This document shows, piece after piece, positions 57,780 through 64,000 of a stretch of 64,000 bases of DNA. The notes under the pieces are model-generated. The model made no database searches and was not told the origin of the DNA. It saw nothing but the letters and a program-made list of their open reading frames with translations. Both the position numbers and the translations under genes were made by a program. This DNA is from an uncultured Candidatus Saccharibacteria bacterium. GTDB lineage: Bacteria > Patescibacteriota > Minisyncoccia > Phycocordibacterales > UBA12445. The DNA lies in contig CAZHDO010000004.1 of the NCBI GenBank assembly GCA_964531375.1, forward strand, positions 147 to 64,146, read 5' to 3'. Position 1 is the first letter of the stretch. Every line of letters starts with the position of its first letter.

Positions 57780-60032
57780 GTGTTGTTTAACAAACCTAAA
57801 AAATTCTATTTAGTAGATATTTTTTGTACTAAATGTAGAATATATAGAATGGAACTTGATAAACCTATTGAAAAAGAATTCAGACTAAACCCTTACCAAA
57901 AGGAGGGGTTGTTAAAATTGGGGCTTGAAACCTTGTTGGACCTTTTATTCTACCTACCTTCCAGATATGGCGACAAAGGAGAATTAATGCACGTTACAGA
58001 TACAAAAAATGGCGAACTTGCGGTTGTTTGCGGAAAGGTGCTCAGCACAAAAATGTCGAAATCATATATCTCAAAAGTTCCAATGGCAGAAATGATGATT
58101 GAAGACGAAACGGGGAAAATAAAAGCAATTTGGTTCCATCAGCCGTATATGGCAAAAAAAGTTGCCGTGGGTAATTTTGCAAAGCTATCTGGGCAAATTT
58201 CAGAAAAAAATGGACAAAGAACAATGATTAATCCAGACATTGAAGAGGCTGAAAGTTTAGAAATAACCCACCACGGAAGCTTATTTTCAAAAGAGGAAAT
58301 TAGCTCGACTCCTGTTTATTCGGAAACAAAAGGAATTACATCGCTTTGGTTTCGTCACGTAATCGGCAAGCTTTTAAAGAACAAGCTTCATGAAAAAATT
58401 ATTGATCCTATTCCCGAAAATATTTTAAACAAATACCATCTCCCATCCATCCAAACAGCACTCGTCTGGATCCATGCGCCAAAGAAAGACGACGACGCAA
58501 AATCTGCAAGAAAAAGATTTTCTTTTGAAGAAGTTTTTTACATTCAACTTGCAAGGCAAAAAGAGAGAAGAGAATACGAAAGCAATCCATCTTTTAAAAT
58601 TTCGGCCAAAAGTGATATTGAAAATTTCAAAGGACGATTCGGTTTCAAAATGACAGAGGCGCAAGAAAACGCGATTAACCAAATAATCAATGACCTAAAG
58701 GGAGATAAACCAATGACAAGGCTTCTCGAGGGCGATGTCGGTTCTGGAAAAACAGCAGTCGCAGCCACAGCCGCCTTTGGGGTAATAAGCACAAGTCCAT
58801 ACAAAAAATCAACATTCGGTGAATTCGGAAATCTTCAAGTCGCCTATATGGCTCCGACCGAAATTCTTGCGAATCAACATTTTGAATCGTTCATAAAATA
58901 TTTTAAACACACAGGCATCAATGTCGGTCTTATTACAGGAAGCGGATGCAAAAAATTCCCTTCAAAAATAAACCCTGAAGGCTGGACGACGATTTCTAGA
59001 GCTCAAATACTAAAATGGGTTGCAAACGGAGAAATACCGATACTAATCGGCACACATTCTCTTATTCAAAAAACAGTTAAATTCAAACATCTGGGACTTG
59101 TAATAATAGACGAACAACATAGATTTGGAATAGAACAGAGACTAAAACTCGCCAAAAAAAGCTCTGATTTTATAGAGGGAAAAGCCTCGCCAGTTCCCCA
59201 CTTTCTTTCTATGACCGCGACGCCCATACCAAGAACACTTGCACTTACAATATATGGAGACTTAGACTTAACGCTTCTTGACCAAATGCCAGCAGGAAGA
59301 AAGCCGATAATCACAGACATAGTTCTCCCCGCCCAAAGAAATGGTGTTTATGAAAAAATAAGGAGCGAACTTGAAGCAGGAAGACAGGCTTACATTATAT
59401 GTCCAAGAATAGACGAGCCAGATCCAGACAAAGAATTAGCACTAAATGCAAAATCAGTAACAGCTGAAGCCAAGAGACTCAAAAAGGACGTTTTTCAAAA
59501 ATACGAAATCGGAATTTTACATAGCAAAATGACTCCAAAAGAAAAAGAGTCAGTAATGGACGAATTTTCAAAAGGGAAAATTAATATATTAGCAGCCACG
59601 TCTGTGGTGGAGGTTGGTGTAAACGTCCCAAACGCAACCTCAATAATCATCGAAGGCGGAGAAAGATTTGGACTATCACAACTCCATCAACTTAGAGGTA
59701 GAGTTTTAAGAAGCAACCACCAAGCTTATTGCTATATTTTTAGTGAATCAAAAACAGAAAAGACAAGAGAAAGATTAAAAGCAATCAAAACAGCCAAAAA
59801 CGGATTCGAATTGGCAGAAATGGACCTGCAGTTACGTGGTTTTGGCGAGCTATCTGGTGGCAAACAATGGGGTATTTCTGATATCGGAATGGAAGCAATA
59901 AAAAATTTAAAAATGGTAGAAGCGGCCAGAAATGAAGCAAAAGAAATTCTCGACACTGACCCCAAAATAGACAGACACCCACTATTAAAAGAAAAAATAA
60001 AAAGAATAAACACAGAAACCCATTTTGAATAA
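57780..60032 (+). CDS. recG: ATP-dependent DNA helicase RecG (start possibly at MELDKP about 57850)
   Basis: Wedge/OB N-terminal domain; Walker A GDVGSGKT; DEAH-like IIDEQHRFG; motif MTATPIPRTL; helicase C-domain QLHQLRGRV. Confidence 0.9.
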   Translation: MLFNKPKKFYLVDIFCTKCRIYRMELDKPIEKEFRLNPYQKEGLLKLGLETLLDLLFYLPSRYGDKGELMHVTDTKNGELAVVCGKVLSTKMSKSYISKVPMAEMMIEDETGKIKAIWFHQPYMAKKVAVGNFAKLSGQISEKNGQRTMINPDIEEAESLEITHHGSLFSKEEISSTPVYSETKGITSLWFRHVIGKLLKNKLHEKIIDPIPENILNKYHLPSIQTALVWIHAPKKDDDAKSARKRFSFEEVFYIQLARQKERREYESNPSFKISAKSDIENFKGRFGFKMTEAQENAINQIINDLKGDKPMTRLLEGDVGSGKTAVAATAAFGVISTSPYKKSTFGEFGNLQVAYMAPTEILANQHFESFIKYFKHTGINVGLITGSGCKKFPSKINPEGWTTISRAQILKWVANGEIPILIGTHSLIQKTVKFKHLGLVIIDEQHRFGIEQRLKLAKKSSDFIEGKASPVPHFLSMTATPIPRTLALTIYGDLDLTLLDQMPAGRKPIITDIVLPAQRNGVYEKIRSELEAGRQAYIICPRIDEPDPDKELALNAKSVTAEAKRLKKDVFQKYEIGILHSKMTPKEKESVMDEFSKGKINILAATSVVEVGVNVPNATSIIIEGGERFGLSQLHQLRGRVLRSNHQAYCYIFSESKTEKTRERLKAIKTAKNGFELAEMDLQLRGFGELSGGKQWGISDIGMEAIKNLKMVEAARNEAKEILDTDPKIDRHPLLKEKIKRINTETHFE

Positions 60033-60060
60033 AACCACCTCTGATTAAGGTGGTTTTTTA
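60032..60060. terminator. bidirectional terminator hairpin between recG and gpmA
   Basis: aaaccacct-ctgattaa-ggtggttt followed by tttt; an A-run lies upstream. Confidence 0.6.
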
Positions 60061-60072
60061 TAAATTTAATTT

Positions 60073-60819
60073 TTATTTCTTAATACTGGTCTGATTTTTT
60101 ACTTTCTCTATTTTACTGGCAATTTCAGCTTGGTTGCCAAGGTAATAATGTTTAATGGGTTTGTAATTTTCGTCAAACTCGTAAACCAAAGGTACGGCTG
60201 TTGGAATATTTAAATCCATGACCTCTTCTTCAGACAAGCCATCAAGATGTTTAACCAAAGCCCTAACACCCGAACCGTGCCCGGCGATTAAAACATTTTT
60301 TCCTTTTTTAATTTCGGGAAAAATAACCTCCTCCCAATAAGGCATTAATCTTTTTGTTGTATCATCCAAAGACTCTGCAAGCGGAACTTCTTCTCTTTTT
60401 AGTCCACTGTACTTGGGGTCATTAAACGCGTCTTTAGAATCGCCCTCTTTTAATGTAGGTGGGCGAACATTATAACTTCTTCTCCATATCTTCACCTGTT
60501 CTTCTCCGTATTTTTCAGTCGTTTCTGACTTATTTAAACCCTGAAGAGCACCATAATGTCTTTCATTTAATCTCCATGAATTAAAAATTGGAATATTTTG
60601 ACCCAATTCCCCTAAAACGATATCAAGTGTTTTTACAGCACGCTTAAGAACAGAAACAAAAGCCATATCAGGCTTCATTCCTGCCTCTTTTAAAGATTTA
60701 CCCGCCTTATGCGCCTCATCTTCGCCCTGAGGTGACAAATCCACATCAACCCACCCAGTAAAAATGTTCTCCTTATTCCAAACACTCTCTCCGTGCCTAA
60801 TTATTATTAGTTTGTTCAT
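60073..60819 (-). CDS. gpmA: 2,3-bisphosphoglycerate-dependent phosphoglycerate mutase
   Basis: LIIIRHGESVWNKENIFTGWVDVDLS (the RHGE catalytic His motif), ERHYGALQG, and AGHGSGVRAL (second His). Confidence 0.9.
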   Translation of the reverse strand: MNKLIIIRHGESVWNKENIFTGWVDVDLSPQGEDEAHKAGKSLKEAGMKPDMAFVSVLKRAVKTLDIVLGELGQNIPIFNSWRLNERHYGALQGLNKSETTEKYGEEQVKIWRRSYNVRPPTLKEGDSKDAFNDPKYSGLKREEVPLAESLDDTTKRLMPYWEEVIFPEIKKGKNVLIAGHGSGVRALVKHLDGLSEEEVMDLNIPTAVPLVYEFDENYKPIKHYYLGNQAEIASKIEKVKNQTSIKK

Positions 60820-61303
60820 TTGTTGTTGTGCTTATTTTTCTTTTAGCTGACCACCCCCCAATATCAAGTCCCCTTTTGATTATATTCCCATAAACCTGAT
60901 CTCCAACAATCTCCCCGCCAAAGTCTCTACCACCAAACGATGGTGTCCATTTTAAATATGATGTCGACACAGTATATTCTCCCTTTTTATTTGTACTACT
61001 TGTAAATGTTCCACCGCTCTTATTACCACTGAAAACAACTTCATAATTAATTTCGTCCTCTCCTGCAATCTTCTCTTTTACATCCCATGCCCCCCTTACA
61101 TCAATAGTCGTACTAGCCTCCCTTCTAGCCAAAATCATTGGATCTTCTATCGCGGGCCCTTTTTCTTCAACCTTAATACTTTCCTTTTTCTTATCAATTA
61201 CTGGTTTTTTTGTATGAGCGTCCAAATAAAACATATAACACACAATACCAATAATCAGTGCGTATATTGTTAAATCAAAATATGAAAACTTTTTTTTCTC
61301 CAT
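60797..61303 (-). CDS. membrane-anchored hypothetical protein
   Basis: N-terminal TM helix. Confidence 0.35.
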   Translation of the reverse strand: MEKKKFSYFDLTIYALIIGIVCYMFYLDAHTKKPVIDKKKESIKVEEKGPAIEDPMILARREASTTIDVRGAWDVKEKIAGEDEINYEVVFSGNKSGGTFTSSTNKKGEYTVSTSYLKWTPSFGGRDFGGEIVGDQVYGNIIKRGLDIGGWSAKRKISTTTNEQTNNN

Positions 61304-61352
61304 GACAAAAAATAATTAAATTAATAGTAACGTTATTATATAATAAAAATTA

Positions 61353-62342
61353 TTATAAGCCAGCAATGATTAAAGCCACCTTTTCATTGTGACGAACAAT
61401 ACCCCCAACCTCATCAACCAAATTTTCTGACTTAATTAATTTTGTATACTTACCCAATCTTTCTTTGTCTATTTTTACCGGAAAAGAACCTTGTTCCTCA
61501 TATGATCTTGAGGCTGTCTTGCTTATATTAGCATTATTACAAACGATAACATCAAATTTTTCCCTACCAATATGTTTCAACATCGTTTCGGCAAATTTCG
61601 AAGCCTTAAAATGGTTGGTTTCAGACTTCTTATTCATTATATTAACAACATATATAAGCTTCGCCCGACTTTCTTTTATTGCTTCTCTAAAACCATTAAC
61701 TAAAGTATTGGGTATAACAGATGTATATAAATCACCAGGACAAAAAACGATTTTATCAGCGGAAACAATCGCTTCGTGGGAATTACAATGTATAAACGCC
61801 TCGGGTTCTAGAAAAGCAGAGATAATTGTTCGATTATCAGATATTACCCTTGTGTCAATAAGTCCCTCCCCCCTCAAAACAGAACCATCAGATAATTTCA
61901 CACACAACTCAGCGTCATTTAAACTAACAGGAAGAACTTTGCCCCTTACCTTAAACCAACGACAAAGAATGTTAATAGCATTCAACATATTTCCTGTAAT
62001 TTCAGTCAGAGCCGTCAAAAGGATATTACCAACGGTGGCCGAATCCAAAGAAGAACCATTTTTTGGAGCAAAACGATATGAAAGTAATGCTCGGAGATCG
62101 GATTCTATCTCATCATCCGATAAAGCAAGTATCGCCTGTCTAATATCGCCCGGTGGTAAGACACCTCTTTCATCACGCAAAATTCCAGAATGACCACCAT
62201 GATCAAAAGTAGATTGAATCGTCGTTATATTAGGACGAATATGTTTCAAAAATCTAGCAATTCTATAAACCCCACCCCCACCACCGACAAGGACAATTGA
62301 TTCATTAATGTTTACTGGCGCAATTTTCCTTTTTTCAATCAT
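61353..62342 (-). CDS. UPF0052/CofD-like (YvcK-family gluconeogenesis factor-like) protein
   Basis: N-terminal ESIVLVGGGGGVYRIARFL nucleotide-binding loop and overall family-like length. Confidence 0.55.
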   Translation of the reverse strand: MIEKRKIAPVNINESIVLVGGGGGVYRIARFLKHIRPNITTIQSTFDHGGHSGILRDERGVLPPGDIRQAILALSDDEIESDLRALLSYRFAPKNGSSLDSATVGNILLTALTEITGNMLNAINILCRWFKVRGKVLPVSLNDAELCVKLSDGSVLRGEGLIDTRVISDNRTIISAFLEPEAFIHCNSHEAIVSADKIVFCPGDLYTSVIPNTLVNGFREAIKESRAKLIYVVNIMNKKSETNHFKASKFAETMLKHIGREKFDVIVCNNANISKTASRSYEEQGSFPVKIDKERLGKYTKLIKSENLVDEVGGIVRHNEKVALIIAGL

Positions 62343-62433
62343 TATTTTTAAAAAATCATTATTAACCCATCCATACTATCAAAACAACAGAACTGAACAA
62401 ATAGTGACACTATAGAATTAAGTGTCTTAAATA

Positions 62434-63171
62434 TTGTTTTTAGGGGCAACAAAACCTTTAAAAAAACTTGACACTATTTTACCCAAGAGGTACCGTAAGT
62501 ATATGAATCCACAAAAAACACTTGTTCTGTTCTCCGGTGGGCGCGACTCTTCGTGCGCGGTTATTGAAATGTTACGTGCAGGGTATTTTGTTAGACTATT
62601 CACCTGCCAAGCCGTATCATCAGAAACAACTGGTCCTAAAGGTGATTCAGCCCCCGACATAAGACAAAAGGAGCTCATAACTAATTTTCCAAACAAAATT
62701 GACGCCGAAAGAGTTATTCGTAAAGATGCGTACTTAATTAGAAAATTAGCAATAAGCAGAACCAATAAAACACACGTTGTTTATCCAATAGCCATTGCCC
62801 TCGCAATCCATTCTGAAGCGATTTTATACTGCCTCAAAAATAATATTAAAAACATAGCTTGTGGGTACTCAGGTTATCAATCAAAAGAAGATAGGTATAT
62901 TGAGCAAAGTACAGACTTTTTCGAATTAATGAAATCATTTTTAAAAGAATACGGCATTGAATACCACGCCCCTGTTATAAATAAAACAAAAAAGGAAATA
63001 AATGATATTCTAGAACAATGCAATATTGAATCCAGTTCCCTCGAGAATAAATCCATTTTTGGAGATATCGAATTTGACACTAACAAGGCGCTAGAATTTT
63101 GGAATGAATCCATTCCTGTGTGTCGAGATTATATATCAAAGATGCAATCTTTTGATATAATAAAAGAATAA
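62434..63171 (+). CDS. PP-loop (adenine nucleotide alpha-hydrolase) family ATPase, possibly QueC-like
   Basis: SGGxDS PP-loop motif in TLVLFSGGRDSSCAV. Confidence 0.45.
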   Translation: MFLGATKPLKKLDTILPKRYRKYMNPQKTLVLFSGGRDSSCAVIEMLRAGYFVRLFTCQAVSSETTGPKGDSAPDIRQKELITNFPNKIDAERVIRKDAYLIRKLAISRTNKTHVVYPIAIALAIHSEAILYCLKNNIKNIACGYSGYQSKEDRYIEQSTDFFELMKSFLKEYGIEYHAPVINKTKKEINDILEQCNIESSSLENKSIFGDIEFDTNKALEFWNESIPVCRDYISKMQSFDIIKE

Positions 63172-63746
63172 TGCACTTATCTAAATTATTTAAAAAAGCT
63201 CTTTATTTTGCAGCAGAAAAACACGACGGACAATATCGCAAAGGTGGAAAAACCCCATACATAGTACATCCAATACAAGTAGCATTTGGTGTAAGAAAAT
63301 ACACAAAAGATGAAAAAATAATAATTGCAGCCCTGTTGCACGATACACATGAGGACTGCAAAAATGTCTCTCTTTCTGATCTAAAAAAGGAATTCGGAGA
63401 AAGCATAGCCGGGCTTGTAAAGGAAATAAGTTTTGTTGATAATAAAAAATACTCAACTTGGAAAAAGAAAAAGGAGGTCTATTTAGAAAAAGTAAAATTA
63501 GTTTCCAAAGAAGCTTTGCTAATTATAGCCGTAGATAAATTATGTAATATGCAGGCCTATTTTGGAGCATTAGAAGACAAAAAAGAAATAAAAAACCTTT
63601 TTGGCGGAACCCCACGAGATTATATTTGGTACTACAAATCTGTGGGAGATATTTTGGAATTGTCTACACTTAAAAATCATAGAATTACAAAAGACTATTT
63701 TAGAAAAATAAAAGCGATATCGAAGATAGAGTCAATAAATAAATAA
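63171..63746 (+). CDS. HD-domain phosphohydrolase
   Basis: H...HD motif: YIVHPIQVAFGV ... AALLHDTHEDC. Confidence 0.65.
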   Translation: MHLSKLFKKALYFAAEKHDGQYRKGGKTPYIVHPIQVAFGVRKYTKDEKIIIAALLHDTHEDCKNVSLSDLKKEFGESIAGLVKEISFVDNKKYSTWKKKKEVYLEKVKLVSKEALLIIAVDKLCNMQAYFGALEDKKEIKNLFGGTPRDYIWYYKSVGDILELSTLKNHRITKDYFRKIKAISKIESINK

Positions 63747-63780
63747 AACCCATGACATTTTTTCTGTCATGGGTTTTTTA
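63746..63780. terminator. bidirectional terminator hairpin (aaacccatgaca/tgtcatgggttt + T-run)
   Basis: 12-bp stem followed by ttttt. Confidence 0.6.
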
Positions 63781-63999
63781 CTAACCGTCGTATTTTTTAC
63801 GATGATAATTGTCGTGGAGAGCTTCATTAACAAGGTGAAACTCGTGAGTAGTAATCTGTACCTCAAAAGGTACGTCGTTCTTATGAGCCACAAATTGCAA
63901 AAGACGTAGCACTTTACCCTGAACACTTGGACATGGTTTTGATTCTTTAATATAATCGTGATCCAAAAAACCAGGAAAGGATTTTTCAATGATTCCCAA
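63781..63999 (-). CDS. 6-pyruvoyl-tetrahydropterin synthase/QueD-like protein, C-terminal part (gene truncated by the window edge)
   Basis: C-terminal FLDHDYIKE ... TTHEFHLVNEALHDNY resembles the QueD/PTPS C-terminus; the ORF runs off the window. Confidence 0.35.
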   Translation of the reverse strand: MGIIEKSFPGFLDHDYIKESKPCPSVQGKVLRLLQFVAHKNDVPFEVQITTHEFHLVNEALHDNYHRKKYDG

Positions 64000-64000
64000 G

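Overview
The window looks like a low-GC, small-genome bacterium, probably Candidate Phyla Radiation (Patescibacteria). Evidence: a type IV pilus/competence locus, a minimal core gene set and no obvious Shine-Dalgarno sequences. This placement is an inference. The left ~25 kb (about 122..25230) appears to be an integrative genomic island inserted at a tRNA-Met(CAU) gene. It is bounded by a 48-bp direct repeat of the tRNA 3' portion (122..169 and 25155..25202). A tyrosine integrase and an excisionase-like HTH gene sit at the tRNA-proximal end. The island carries stacked defence genes: a complete type I R-M operon with embedded unknown genes, a DUF262/DUF1524 GmrSD-like nuclease, a SymE-like toxin and an ArdC-N-like protein. 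It also has a prim-pol plus RecA-like helicase replication module next to a long inverted repeat, secreted repeat proteins, and at its distal end an uncharacterised three-gene cassette (a C39/BtrH-like papain-fold protein plus two ATP-grasp ligases). This cassette is the best candidate for an undescribed system. The right ~39 kb is chromosomal core: rplJ-rplL, gatC-gatA, ligA, a large type IV pilus/competence cluster (four or five pilin-like genes, pilD, two major pilins, pilC/T/B, pilM/N/O and a comFC-like gene), a SulP transporter, a 1056-aa unknown protein, a cell-wall amidase, two type II tRNAs, recG, gpmA, a CofD/YvcK-like gene, and a PP-loop ATPase followed by an HD-domain gene and a partial QueD-like gene. 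Non-coding features of note: a family of GAAACG..CGTTTC hairpins and a tandem duplication flanking the major-pilin segment; a conserved ~40-nt motif upstream of three pilus genes; and a ~1.9-kb tRNA region full of tRNA 3'-end fragments, long direct repeats and perfect palindromes. No CRISPR array and no rRNA were seen.
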